From: Hydrolagus affinis
Lineage: Eukaryota
NCBI GenBank assembly: GCA_012026655.1
Contig: JAAILG010001512.1
Coordinates: forward strand, 1-64,000
Reading direction: 5' to 3'
DNA length: 64,000 bases
Below the pieces are notes generated by a model. The model saw nothing but the letters and a program-made list of their open reading frames with translations, was not told the DNA's origin and did no database searches. A program made the translations under genes and the position numbers. This document shows positions 49,451 to 64,000 of this stretch, one piece after another; the first letter of the stretch is position 1; each line of letters opens with the position of its first letter.

Positions 49451-52400
49451 ATAGTATTTAACATTTACACATCCCCTTTTCACATCAGCAGGACGTTTCA
49501 AAGTGCTCAAGTCTACCAGATGAACACCTGAGCTGGGGGTGGGAGTCAAGGGAGGTTGGATGGGGAGGGGAAAAGATGACCGGAAATGTGGTCAAAGAGA
49601 TAGCTCTTGTTGTGCCTTGAAAAAATGGAGAGAGGAAAGGGAGCTAGTCAGGCGGAATGGAGCTCCAGAAAATGGAGGCAAAATGGCAACGGTGGGGCAT
49701 GAAACAAATAATTGAAATATTTGGACCCTGACCAATATTGCTGTTCTTCACCTTCACTCCTATCCAACAATAATGGCTTCTGAAATCCCCATTCATGCCA
49801 TTGCTACTTCCAGACTCCTTTAATGCATTCCTTGCTGGTCACCATCCACAAGCTCCGGCTCATTTGAAACTCCACCAAGCACATCCTCACCACAAACTCC
49901 ACAAAGTTTGACCGCAAACTCTACATGCATATTGGTTACTTGGTCCCTGATGACAAAGCTTTCAGCAACCAAGATCCCATACTTTGGATCTCCCTTCCAC
50001 CATCCATCAGCCTCCACCCTCCCCACTAGTGCTAGTAATTAACCACTTAAACAAGTATCACTTGGATCACACCTACAAGTTACATCCCCACCCCACTTGG
50101 CATCCCCACACTGGATGTGCGAACAACTGGAAGCCTTCATCCTAGTGCTCTGGGAGTCTATCCCATGTGAAGGGCGTTATATAAATACAAGTTGTTATTA
50201 TTGTAGTTGTAATCTTTGTACTACAGTACCTCTAGGAGTAACTCTTGCCTCATAGAAGATCCAAACACACTCCCCTAATGATTAAATTTTTGATAAATAG
50301 AATATTTAATAGTCAATCAATTGCCAAATTTCAGCCGGAGACAACAACACATTTAAAGCCTAATTGTTTTTGTGTGAAATGGATGTTGTGGCTGCCATTC
50401 AAGTCCCTAAGATTAAAACGGGCTGGGGGATATAGGTTTGCCAATTGGCAGGTTTTCTTGATGGTTTATTGAAACCTTGATCCAAGGATAAGCTTCTTGG
50501 CAAGGCAGATTTGCATTCATCAGGATTCAGCTGTTCTGCGAGTGTTTCCTATAATTACTCAAACAGTTTAACTATTCACGGAATCAGAATGTTACAACAT
50601 AGGAATAGGCCATTCAGCCCATCAAATCATCACTTATGATTCTTTCAACATGAGCAAGTCAATCTAATCCCGCTCTGTTGCTCATTTCCATTTTCCTTCA
50701 AGCATTTAATTTTTTTCAAAATAATTGATGATGTAATTTCTTTGTTCCTTATATTACCCCAACTCCTGACTTTCACTTCCCTTAAAAAAAACTTTAGGGA
50801 AAGTCAGATTTTTAAGTTATTTGAACCCAATACAACACATAGCATTGCTGAATTACTCTGAACGAAGGCAAGCAACAGACAGCTCACTGAACATCTAATG
50901 GCCCCGATGACTTTGCCTTTGCAAAAGAAATTTGAGTCCCATGTACACTCTTGAATGTTATTGAAAAGAATACTTCAGACGGCACTTCCGAACAAGCATA
51001 GAGTGTTGCTCAATGCTGGAAATAGGGCGTCCAAGACCTCTGCATATTTAACCTCTCAGGTTGACATGCCAATGTTTTACAATTTGTTTCCATATCAATG
51101 CTTATTCAATTTGCCAAATTGTCAAACAAGCTATTTTAAGAATAATAATAATAATCCTTACATTTGGTGTTTCACATCAGGACTTTTCAAAATTCTTTAC
51201 AGAATATACTGTGAAGTATAGTCACTATGCTGCAACTACAAATCGCTCTCAGAGATTACCATTTGAAGGGTGGATATAATAATAATCCTTACATTTGATA
51301 TAGTTAGTACCTTATGATGTTGTTGAGACGTCTCAAAACACTTCACAGAATACAATGTAGTGCAAGGTGTTGTTTTGGGCTGTGTGGGCAAATAAAATTT
51401 AGATAAGGCAGAACAATGCACTCAGAAGTGTCAAGTTTTGGATGAGACATTAAACCTATGTTTAAGTTCTCAAGTGGACACTGAAAATCCTATGACACAA
51501 TTGTAAAAGAGAAGTTTCTCCAAGCATCCTGGTCAACAATCCACCAAATAAATTCTTATTTCCCCTTCTGCTGCGCATAAAATGGCTGCCTTATATATTT
51601 GACTACAATTACAACAAAGTGCTAAAATACATTTTCTAGTATATAAACTGAAAAATCTTCTTTCTTTCCCCATTCATCATTTGAAATTGCTTCCACCACA
51701 GCCTCCACAACTAACAATTCTGGAAACACCCTGCTGTTGTGCGTCTCAGATGGCTCTCTCTAGAAAAATTCAAAAGAACAAAATCTCTAATTATGCTGTT
51801 GGTGTTTTTTTTTACTAGAGTTCAAGTGGATCCAATACAACAATCACAACCAACATTAAATGTCAGAACAATTATAGCTACAGCACTGCTACCAGAGAAT
51901 CTACACATTGTCTATCTCAGAATGTCTTTTTTTTTAAAAAGAGAGACTATTAAATAGCACTTCCTAGTGCTGGGAATGGACACTCCCATCCCCCAACCCC
52001 CCCACCCCCCCCACCTATTTGTTTTATCCCGTCATTTATAAAATATTAAATCACAATCTACACATCACTGCAAGTATCTGCATCAAACACTTCAAAACGT
52101 CATTGAGCTGCTCAGAAGCCACTCCAGCTCTGAAGCAAATTCTCGGGATGAGCAGCCTGGTGCAGGAAAACGGTGAAAATTAAAATGAAGAAGTTCAAAT
52201 TGTAAGACAGTATTAATTTGTGATGGTGGTGTGGTCCTTAGGTTAAACTTCACCAAAGAACTATTTGCAGAATGCTTCTTATGCATCTATAAAAGTGCGA
52301 GGAAATCTCTTTACAGTACAGGACAGACAACTGATTCTGCTGCCAGCTGCACAGAGATTGGGTCATGCTCACAACCGTTCAGAAGGAAGTGACAGAAAAT

Positions 52401-52555
52401 CTAAATCAGTGACAGAGTGTGAAATGGTAAGATTAAATATCCATTACATATGATACCTTGAACCCACAACCTGTAGCAGAGGTAAATGTACAACCAACTG
52501 AACCAAGCTGACACCTAATTAAATTACTACTCAAGGCTTTAACAAACATAACATA

Positions 52556-52850
52556 TAATAATAATCCTTAGATTTGATATAGCGCTTTTCACGTCTTCTA
52601 GACGTCTCAAAGTGCTTCAAAGAATATACTGTAAAGTGTATATTTGTGGGTGACACGCGGCAGCCAATTGCACACAGCAGTGTCCCACAAACAGTTGTGA
52701 AAAATTATCAATTTATAATTGTTTTTTATGAGAGATTATTATCAGATGTGTGGAGTAAGGAAACTTGCCTACGGTTGCGCTCTGCTGGAATAGAACCTAG
52801 GTCACTCACTTGTAAGGCAAGTGCTCTTCCCACTGAGGTACAAGACTCCC
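52556..52850 (-). mobile_element. Full-length SINE
   Basis: Tail, core and tRNA head. Confidence 0.88.
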
Positions 52851-55800
52851 AGTATAGTGAAAGTACTGTATGCCAATTTACAACCTATCCTGCAAATGTC
52901 ACAATAAAAGAACATGACACTTTTAACTACTTGCAATGGAATCAACAACAATTTTATACTGATTTAGTGCCTGACACATTGGGTAATCACAGGACTTGAG
53001 AAACAAACCAAAAATATCCATAGATGATTTGTAAATGTCACCATCTTCAGCTTAAAAAAGTAGGCACAGTAATATCGTAAGGTCACACTCAACTATTAGA
53101 CGTTGAGTGGCCACCAAATATGCCTCAGGGTTTATTAAAAGGTCTTCTGTAACCAGGATCTAAATATAAACTCTTAGATTGGTTGAAGCAGAGAACATTA
53201 TAATAATAATAATCCTTGTATGTGATGTAGCGCCTTATCACATCTTCAAAATGGCTCAAAGAGCTTCACAGGATATACTGTAAAATGAATTGGCTGTATA
53301 TCTTGTGGGCAAAACGTAACAGCGAACTGCACACAGCAGTGTCCCATAAACAATAAAGTTATATTAAAAAAATTATGTGGCAGTTTGGATTGATCAGCTA
53401 CATGAAATGACAACACTCAAGATAATAAGGTTGGAGATCTTGTCAAAATTATCATAATTGCAGTGTGGATGAAAGATCCTCCCTCTCTTCAACCTTTGGC
53501 CCAATTGCAGAAAGAGAACTTGCATTTTCTTTGTGCCTAAATGTTCCAAAATCTCGATGTGATTTCAGGTGTTAAATTGGGTGACACTTTATTTGAGCTT
53601 TGGTTTAAAAATTCTGAAATGGCAACATGATCTTGTATACTTTCAGATATTTTTAAAAAACTGATTGTTTGGAAATATTTTGTGTATGTCCTTTAGGAAT
53701 CTGGAGATATGATACAGTACTACTATTCCCTGGCCATGTGTCTTGTCATTGTAACTGAAATTAATGATCTCATCTGTACAAGTCAAAGCTAAACATTAGC
53801 TGCAAGTGATTTTTAAAATCTGAGGGATTTTTTTATGTCAAGTCTAACAGTAAAAATCTTCTTGGCCCAAACATCAGTGGAGACAGACATAGTAAAGTCA
53901 AAGTTGAAGAGCATGTGGCAGAATAGCCTGTCATCACACCATCAACTGACTGTGTGTGATCAGGCAAATGCAACTTCAAAAGCTTTATAGGATTTATAAC
54001 AAGAAATGAAATTCTTTGAATTTACATAGAGTGCCACCAGGTTCATTACACATTTATTTGGCGCCACAATTGTACAATAATAATTATTGCATTTGATATA
54101 GCGCCTCACCATGTCGTTGTCTCAACGCACTTCTCAGATGTATATTTTGTTAAGTGAATTTGGGGGCGAAACATGACAGTTGTACGCAGCAATGTCCCAC
54201 AACGGCCATGGAGTTGAGTGACCAATTTTTTTTTACTTGTGGGATTGGTTAGGACAAGGGGAGAAACTCCCTTCTCTTTTCAAATAGTGCAATAGTCCAC
54301 CTGAACATGCAGGTGGATCTTGGTTTAATGTGACATACAAAGAACAGCATCTACAACAAAGTAAAACACCTCCAGTACTGCATTGTAGTGTTATCTTAGA
54401 GCAGGGGGAATCCAACCATTTGGCTGCCGATGGCCAGATTCCCTATTTGACAAAGTCAGAGGGCTGGATAAGCAATATTTTTTGTTCCCCTTTCAGAAAC
54501 ATAACATTTACACAGTGCCTTTGTCATGATGGAAGGACATCTCAAAGTGCTCGACACTGCCAGCTGTCACTGAGCCTTCAACCCAGGGAAGAAGCTCCAG
54601 GAGCAGTCAGCTTGATAAATGGAATCGTCTGACAATACAAAACATTTACATATAAATAGCACCATTCACATTAGAAGGATGATTCAAAGCACTTAGACTT
54701 ATAAGAAGAAGAATAAGATTTGTATTTGATATATTGCCCTATCACGTCTTCTAGACGTCTCAAAGCACTTCAAAGAATACCGTAAAGCGAATTGACAGTA
54801 TATTTGTGGGTGAAATTATTACCACAGTCTTGCCACATTACTACTACATAGGAAACTTACCCGCCCCCAAATATTGCCATTTCAAAGAAGCTGAGTCTTC
54901 ACCGAATTATCCTGCTTAATGTCACATTTCAAACACAAGCACGTTCTCCTTTTAAGAGCAATGACCAGGTTTTGAAAATACCAAGTGAACCCTCTCTTCT
55001 GAAATCACAAGCCACTCAATGTTTGGCTCCTTCGTAGGTTTAGAAAGCTCACAAATTGAAGTAACGTTCCTGAGTGTGCTTATCCCAGGGTGATTTCACT
55101 GAGCCAAGCCCCTCGAGTCCTAGGAATCAGTGCATAAATATGTCTAACTGCCACCAGCTCCACTTAGTGCAGACCACAACATACCCAATAATTATATTTA
55201 ATGCAATGTTCAATCACTGGAAATGGTTAAGCTTAATTTTCTATGTTTTTCAGTTCAAAAATCCCTCTTTCAAAACTGGCTGTTCCATTTTTTCCTCAAA
55301 AGAATCCTAGCAATGACAATATCTTTGAAGTGGAACGTTTAAAACAGAAATACACTCAATAAGTAAAACTGCCTCTGATGTCTAAACACTCAATGAGCTG
55401 GTATCAGCAATCCTGAAATTTCAGTCAGTACAAAATAGACCACAAAACAGAGAAATAAAAATAAATCAAACTGGTCAAAATTAAGTGACATTTAGGAGCT
55501 TCTTTCACAAGTGACAAGTTACTCATAATTAGTAATCTCATAACTACTCAACAAAGCCAGAAGAATATTACACATCTCTTTCATGCCTTTTAAACAAAAT
55601 ATATCAGATCTTATTTGGTGAGAGAAAGAAGGAATGATACTAATAATAATCCTTGTATTTGATATAGCGACTTATCAATTCTTCGAGTGCTTATCAAGTC
55701 CTCAAAGCACTTCATGCAATATCTTGTAAATGATATCTTGTCAAGTGAATTGACAAAATATATTTTGACATTGTGATCACAACAGCCACTTGTACACAGT

Positions 55801-57810
55801 AGTGTCCACAGTTGTGGATTGAGTGATTTTTTTAAGGGAATGTTATTCCCACAAATGCTTTGAATATAGGCTTCCAACTTTTGTCTATTGACCAAAAATC
55901 CTGCTCATACACAGTTTCAGCAATCCAAGGTAAAAGGGCAAAGAGAGATTAAACTAAACATTTGCTATTACTCTTGAGGTTTTTCGTGTAGTTATTTCTA
56001 ACAGGATACTAAGTGTGAACTCTTTGTGAAAGAACAGCACACCAAGCATTGGGAATACTGTTCCAAAAACATTGGAGTGGAGTCACAAGTCGGCATGACG
56101 TAGCTCCAGTATCGTAATTATGAATTATTAGAAACTGCCATCAAGATATTCCTGGGTTGAAAGGCAACATCCCTCATAATGTGCAACATAAATGTTCAAA
56201 TTGGAGAGCAAATACAAAATAAAGATTTAAATTCAAGTTAATCTTACACAACAATGATAAACCTACAATGTACCATCGAGGAATTATACTAGGATTCTTT
56301 ATTCATCACATGTACTCAATATTTAGCAGCCTTTAGAACTAAGTATTTTATTGCTCCAAGTTAGATGCACTCTTTTTTAGTGCACAATTTCAAAAGAAAC
56401 AGGAAAACACAAAGACATTGAGGATAGGAATAGACTAACTTGTTCCAAAAGATAAACTAATTCAAGTAATTTTGGGCTAATACATATGGGAATCAGCGTT
56501 TGAAAACAGCAAGGCAACAAGCACGCTGCGCTCACCTCATCCATTTATTCACATGTGGTGCTTTCTTTTTTTAAAAAAATACTTGTTATTAATGTGAATA
56601 GAATAAGGACTTCATTTTTATTAAAAAAAAGAATTTGAAACAAATGACAGGACTGCAGCAGGAGGGTTTGTGTATCACAGACAGGATCGCAACTTTTAGA
56701 TTTGAAAACTTAATTCATTATTTTTTTCACTAGAGCCGAGTAGGTTAATGGAAGACCAGGTTTTAGTCTTCAAGATTATGAAGAGTAAATAATAATACAT
56801 TCACCTCTACTTGTTGATGAATCAGTCAATAACAAGAAGGTACAATTTTAAGAATCTCAAAAAGGTTAGAAAATGTTTTAAGAGGGTGTATAGAATGTGG
56901 AATTCTCTCAAACTGTTGAAGCAGAGTTCATTATCTCTTAAAAATAAATTTGGCTAGATGCTCGAATAGGAGAAAAATTAAAAGGTATGGGAAGCAAATG
57001 ACAAGTAGGGTTAGCTTAGACTTTTTCTGTCGAGAAAACTTTAGTGCAATCTTGAATAATCATCCTTGCATTTGATAAATCAAGTGTAGCACTGGGAGAG
57101 TACTGACTACACTGTCAAAGTTGCTGTCCTCAGGATAAGAAGTTGTGTCCACCTGTCTCAGGTCAATGTTAAAGATCCCCAAATACTATTGGAAACAAGA
57201 TGGGAGTTTCTGGTCCTGGTCAACAAACCTCCAAATGAATCAGTTGTTAACCTCACAGCTGCTTATTGTTTTCCATGTGAAAACAATTTCGCCAACAAAA
57301 ATATTATGCAACAATTATTGCAAAGGGCCTGGAGACTGGATGTCCAAGGTGCTATAAAAATGCAACATTTCTTTCCTAAGTGAATCCAACTAAATGTGCA
57401 CTTTCAAAAGCACTTCAGTATCTGTAGTGAGTGGCTGAACTGGAAAGAGTGCTTATCTTTTTTTTAAATGGGAAATTGAAATCAAGGAACTTATGGCATT
57501 ATATCTGAGAAGAACTAAGATGATTACCAACAGCTGAAATTTAAATTGCCAGGCAGTACAATAGGAGTGATGGTTGTTCAGCTTCTGCAATTCAAATCTT
57601 GAAACCATTTAAAATGGATGTAGTCTCTCACAAACAACCACTCTACAGTTCTTGATGGCTTCGGGGGTGGGGGGGGGGCGTTGGTGAGACGTTCCTCAGA
57701 TGAAAACAGTTATGTAAAAAATGACCAGGATAGTTGATAAAGTAGCACAGCCACTTCTCCTTTCTTTCACTTTTGCAATGTGACAGTAAAGTAGCATCTG
57801 ATTTCAAATA

Positions 57811-58609
57811 CAGGTAGACCCCGCTTACCGAACGCCCGGTTAACGAAAGTTCACTATAACGAGGGGTTCTATTTATACCACTTATCCACTTAACAAAGGC
57901 TGCGTTCGCTATAACGAATGTTTACAAACACTTTAAATCTCGCGGGCTTCTCGTGCGCAGCTCCTCATGGGTAGCATCTCTCCCAGTTGCCCCAGCAACA
58001 CACGCTCAGTCTTTAGCGTGCCTCAGTTAAGCAGTGCAGTGCTTAAGTGTCAGGATGCTTCGTGGTTCATTGTAAGTCGAGGACTGTCTGTATTTTATTG
58101 TTTATTGTTATATTTACTAACATTTTAATATTTTATTGTTGTATTTAAAGTTATGTAGCCTTCAATAGTAGTTATATCTACCTTAGGCTTCGCTAGTACA
58201 GGTTGAGCATCCTGAATTCGGGCCTGTAGCCAAGCCCAGGTTCGGGTATTTCCGGACTTCGGAACGCCAGAAGCGCGTCACGTGTCTGGAAATGTCTGGT
58301 CCAAGGTTGCGATATTTCAGTGCGGTGACTGTGAAGACCTGGCCTGGAGCAGGTAGGATTGGCGTTTTTATTCTTGCAATTTTTGTCACATTCCGGATCT
58401 CCGGATTTTGGCTGCTCAACCTGTACATTAAAAATGTTAGCGCTAAGAACCACTAGGAACTAAACTAATTTTAGCAGGAAGGCTCAGGTCGGGGCGGCAT
58501 TTTGGCTGTGGCCAAATAGAGTAATACAGTTAAACTCTCGCTTAACAAAATTTTCGCTTACTGAAGGGTTTTAAAATCCCTATCCCCTTCGTTAAGCGGG
58601 GTCTACCTG
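57811..58609. mobile_element. Tigger/pogo-like non-autonomous DNA transposon (outer element)
   Basis: TIRs caggtagaccccgcttaccgaa / ttcgttaagcggggtctacctg, TA TSD, internal repeats of the cttaacga motif. Confidence 0.9.
58199..58423. mobile_element. Tigger-like MITE nested in the 57811 element
   Basis: TIRs caggttgagcatcc / ggctgctcaacctg, TA TSD. Confidence 0.88.
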
Positions 58610-60217
58610 TACAATACTACAACTGAACCGATTCAAGATGGTCTCCACAGAATCTCAGTTTTTATAACGCTGCCGCGTTTCATCCACAAATATATAGGCA
58701 ATTAACTTTACAGTATATTCTGTGAAGCGCTTTGATACGTCTAGAAGACATATAAAGCTCCATATCAAATGCAAGAATTATTATTATGCCTGAAAACTGA
58801 TCAGATGCCGTACATGAAGCATCACTCTCATAGAATTCTCCATTCCGTACCATCAGAAACCATATTAAATAGCATCTTTTAAGCAAGCTGACCATTTTAA
58901 AGTGTTTCACAAACACCCAATAATAATATTCCTTGCATTTGACATAGTGTCTTACCACATATTTGAGACATCTCAAAGCGCTTCACAGAATATACTCTGA
59001 AATAAATTGACTGAATTGTGGCTGAATGGGATTGCCGAGCAGAAATGTAGGAAGAAATTTGAACGTATTGACCAAAGGTATGGTTCTGAAAGTTGGGAGC
59101 AAAGGTGCACGGCAGAGGGATTTCGGAAAAACAGTTTGAGAGAGCAGGAGCACACTCACTGAGGACTTGACCGCTGATGATGGAGCTGAGAGAATAAGTC
59201 AGCAGTACATACAGAATCAAAAGAGTAGAGAACATATTACAATACAAAATTACATTTTCATAGCACCTTTCACATGGGGTGGACGTCCCAAAAAGTATTG
59301 TCAAATATAGCAACTGCTTTTGTCGGCAAACATAGCAGCCATTTTGCACACAGCAGAGTCCCACACAGTTAGGTGGACCATGTTGGAGAAAACAAGCCTG
59401 AGCTCAAATATCACATCAATTATAGCCTTGTGCATATTCAGATAGTTACTCACAGTATATATGCAGATTTTGTTAGCTGATTCTGCAATTCATGCAAACA
59501 AAACACAGGTATTTTTTTCAAGTGTCTAATACTGCAGTCTACATTCCATGTGATGTGGTAAATGGGTTTTTGTTCAGACTACAAATAGGCACTAGAAATT
59601 AACTAGTGCAAAGATTCAATGCCATTTATCAATTCTCTCTTGTATTTGCAATTTCCTAAATAAGTTCCTATTATGGCTGCCTTTCTATGATGGTATTTCA
59701 GTGAAGGCTCATAAAAAATGCATTTTAAAAGTGTGGACAACCAGTAAACAACAACAACAACTTGCACTTATATAGCACCCTCCACACAGGGCAGCATCCC
59801 AGAGCGATTCACAGTTATAAATAAAGGTTATAAACACAGGTATAAAGATGATACAGCTGTCAGGCACCAGGGAACCTTTTATGGATAGTACACAATAGCT
59901 TTTTCACCCAAATATGCATCTGGCAGACCTAATGTAGAGATACAACTACAATCTTGTGTGGTTGAACTTCAATTATATTAATCAGTCTCTAAGCTGCTTT
60001 CTGCATCTCAAAAGTATAACACAGCGACATGCGAGCGTTAAAAATGTCAAACAAAATCATGTCATGACCTGATGTGCAAAGGTAAAGACTGTACTATATA
60101 CAACTAAATGATAATCATGTATCCCATTACTGGAATCTAGCCACTAATTGACCATTTTACTGTAACCAGTTTATAGTACTTTACACTGTTTATACAGTTT
60201 ATACTGCTCCAAATTAG

Positions 60218-60521
60218 GAGTTCTGTACCTTGCTGGTTAGAGATCTCACCTTATAAGCAAGAGACCTGGGTTCAATTCCAGGCAGGATGAAACCCTGGGC
60301 AACTTTCCTTACTCCACCTGATAATAATCCCTAAAAAAAAGTTTTTAAAAAATTGGTCATTTCATTCTACGACAGTTGCGGGACACTGCTGTGCGCAATT
60401 GGCTACCGCGTTTTGCCCACAAATATACAGTCAATTCACTTTATAGTATATTTTGTGAAGCGCTTTGAGACATCTAGAAGATGTGAAAAGTGCTACATCA
60501 AATTCAAGGATTATTATTAAT
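60218..60521 (+). mobile_element. Full-length SINE
   Basis: B box ggttcaattcc, core, ggattattatt tail. Confidence 0.88.
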
Positions 60522-63500
60522 AACAAGAGTTGAAAATGAATATAGCTACCTCCAAACACTGACGTTTACAACAAGCTGACAGTATTTAATATTAGAAAAC
60601 TGTTTGCAGATGTTACTCCCATTTTCAATCGTGCTTAATAAATTTAGGAGTGCAACCAGCTGTGTCATTAAGGACCAATATCTCACGGCAAAGTCCGAGA
60701 GAACGCAAGTCATTCCTTCAATTTACAACAAGAGGAAAAGCTGATCTCAGCTGGGGTAAAATACGCTCCCCTCCCCCCCCCCCCCACCACCGCCCCCAAA
60801 ACAATACAATAATACAATACTGCATGAGCCAAGTGTCAGGCTGGCTCAATTTCATTCCCACCTCTGAGTTAGAAGGATGTGGGTTCAAGTGCCAGATCGG
60901 TACTACGAACTTGAAGATTAGATTGTAGGACATTCCAGATATACAGTGCTGCAGGAACTCTGCTTTGTCAGAGGTGGATGAGATATCTTCTTCATCTTCA
61001 GGTGGATGTTAAACTATTAGAAAAGGGAAGGAAGGTTCTCCTGGCTCCCTTCTTCTGGTCAAGAATCTTCCAGCTAAAATTGGTCACGGCTGTGGGACCT
61101 CGCTGTGTGTAAATTATCTACTGCATTCATCCACAAATTGTCACTTATACTTTGACATTAAAAATATGAAGTCAGCTAATTTTGTAGTTCAAATCAATAG
61201 CACTGTACAAAAACAATGTTTAACAATGGAATTTATTTTCCTTGAGTGATTCAAATAAAATTGGAAACCCATCAAATACTGATTCTACAGATTTAAAAAA
61301 TCAGATGCCCTATATTATAAACATATTCTCAAATTAAAATAATTATTTAAATAACCAGTGCTCTCTAAACATAGACTAATTCACTGCATTTCCATAATAC
61401 TTTGATATAGCGTTCTATCATCTCAATTAGGACATCTCAAATCCTTTACTAATGTAAAATGGTGTGACTGTGTATATTTTGTGGGCAAACACAACAGCCA
61501 ATTTTACATATAGCAATGTTTCACAAACAATTTTGGAGTAAACCAGTTTTGATTTTTGTGGGATTGTTGGTCAGGACACCAGGAAAAAATCCTTTCTTGC
61601 TACAGAATCTTTAACTTGCACCTGAACAAGCACTTGGTTTCATGTCTCATACAATTTATGGCATGTCCAACAATGCAACGCACTCCCAACACTGCATTGG
61701 AGCTTCAGCATCAACTTGGAACCCATCCGAGAACATCAATTATTGGTTAGGGTTCCCACAACCTTCAGACTTGGTGGCAAGAGTGCTACTAACTGAGACA
61801 GCCTGAGACACAGAGTTCTTTGACAGAAAATCAAATATTGAAGAGGCTATTAATAATTGATTAAAGTGGCTGCAAGTCCAATGATTATTGACGACCACAA
61901 TAACAAATCACACATGTATAGCACCTTTCACATCAGGACAGTAGAAAACCAGCGTATCTGCATACAAACTTTCCACTTGTCCACAATCTCTTATAGGGCT
62001 CTGTCACTGAAGTAAATATGAGGCTATGAGATTTTGGCAAAACTGCAGGTCAAGAAACCTCAGGCTCTCTAAGCACACAAATGTGATTGTTTTTGCCTCT
62101 ATTTCTGGCCCTCTCTTGCTCTCTGATTTTTATCAGACGCTCTTTTCTTTCTTTGTGTAAAGATTAGTGGTTCATAACTGCTCCCAGACGCCAGTCCGGG
62201 ATGAAGGGTACTAAATACAAGTTGCTGTTGTTGTCATTTAGCAGTGCACAGTTAGTTTGGGGAGAGATAAGACAGGAACAGGCAGAGAAAATGAAAGAGA
62301 AAAAAAGAGAAGAAACAGGTCATAACAGTCAAAGAACAAGAGGCACCAAAGAAAAGGATGGACAGTTTGGTACAGTACTATGTTAACAGGATCTGATGGA
62401 AGAATATTTTGTTAGAAATGCAGCCAATCTCTATTTTGTATGGTGACCAATTATTCACACGGTTTCCTTATCCACACTGGGGTCAGCCCATTAAATGCAC
62501 TCTACTCTAATGCTTTTCTGCTGTACACCCCAGGCCAAAGGCCCTCATTCATTTCTCTGTGAGTCAACCAGGAAAGGGGAAAAAGAGCCAGGGTTGCCAC
62601 TCAATCAAGCGCAGGGTGTGGTTCAAATGGGATATCCTCCAAGGTTAAACAGCCTGATCTCACATACACACACCCATGCACCTATGAAACCGTACCCCAG
62701 TATGAGTCAGCACTTAAGAGAAGGTGGGGGGGGGGGAAGAGATGGAAAAATAACACCATAGTTAACTGAGCAGTGAGATTCTGACTCATTGGATAAACAA
62801 GCATATATTGTAATGCATACTCTGTGAAAAGAGGATATAGCGAGGACATTGTTTCTGTTGTATGGCTGACCAGCAGCGCTCACTTCAGACCAACTACCAC
62901 TGGTCCTACTCAAGCCAACTTTTAATTAAAAGAGAATACGCATATCTGTATTGCCTTATTCTGTTAAAACATCTCAAAGCATTACATAGGTAGATACTTT
63001 TGGAGGCACTTTATTAAAAATTGGATCTCTGACATCCACCTAACCAACAGGCCAATCTACCCTCAGTTTAATGCTCATCTGAAAGATCTTCTGGCTACAC
63101 CCGGCATTTTGCACATTGGGCCAATCGTTGGAAAGGAATTGATTGGAATATACAAGGGTATCAGTCCCAATTGTTGACTCTTATCAGTACCTCAGTCTTG
63201 ACTGACACCAACTTCAGCTTAGATACTGTCCTGAAAGACCACACTGAGAAGCAGCGGAGGGGACTCTGGAATCCACCTTAATTGGCTTGCAGAGAGGCAA
63301 GGGCAAGCGGCTATTGCTTAAACTCCGCACCTCCAATTGGTGGAACCATTGCTCAATGGGAAGGGAAGTGTGCCAAAGCTGCAGACAGGAAGAGGATGGC
63401 AATGCTCTCATGCATTTCACGCTGAGGTGCGTTGCTCACCGAGAAGCTGCAGGAAGTTCCAGGTACATATCAACCACCTATGGAGGCTTAAACCTGCACT

Positions 63501-64000
63501 TGTTGTTGTTGAACAACCAACTAATGTTTATCCTCTTTGGGGGCAAGGTAAGTGTTGTCCTCTTCGAGATGAACTGGCTCCAAGGTGACATGCCTAGCAA
63601 GGGAATGTCAAAATTGAGCCAGCTCTCTGTGACTGTCTTGGTAGTCCAATTCCGCAATATTCCAAGGCACTGCCCGATGACAGTACAGCCAGCCTGCTCA
63701 TCGGCAGGACCTGGAAGGTACTGGGGGCAAGGAGTCATTTCACTCAGCTCCTGTTATCACTGCAAGCCAAAACCCCAATGGATAGGGTAGTCCTAGCTGG
63801 ACAAGCAGTGGAAAAGCTTGCTGGCAGCAATATCAATGGCAAGCTCTGCGTATTTAGCTGTTTAAGACTCCAGCAACATACAGACTGGAGTACCAAGTTT
63901 TGGCTAAAGCACAATAACAAAAATTGGTCAAACATGACTGTTTGTGCAGACATTGCCGTGCACAATTAGCTGCCGCGTTTTGCCCACAAATACACAGTCA

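Noticed and set aside
63150-63790. Overlapping ORFs near the window end
   Set aside because: No recognisable domain or exon structure; probably a decayed retroelement that I could not classify.

Overview
Vertebrate genomic DNA, most likely a cartilaginous fish such as a holocephalan (inferred from the tRNA-head/Deu-core SINEs with (ATT)n tails and shark-type CR1 3' ends). It is rich in repeats and has two assembly gaps (24491-24721, 41537-41636). Two spliced genes were rebuilt by hand, both on the minus strand. (1) foxj3: 11 coding exons from 43354 to 17790, all GT-AG and phase-consistent, 585 aa, with a Q19 tract and a His/Gln-rich region; its promoter was not found in the window. (2) A gene the ORF track shows only as scattered fragments, at 5988-1760: six exons, about 220 aa, made of two tandem CARD19/BinCARD-type CARD domains with matching exon structure and no detectable transmembrane anchor. 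This is the top finding. Other points: a SINE tail sits at the splice acceptor of foxj3 exon 6, an inverted CR1 pair brackets the foxj3 ATG exon, and several DNA-transposon MITEs are nested in other repeats. Homology calls come from recalled sequences, not from searches.
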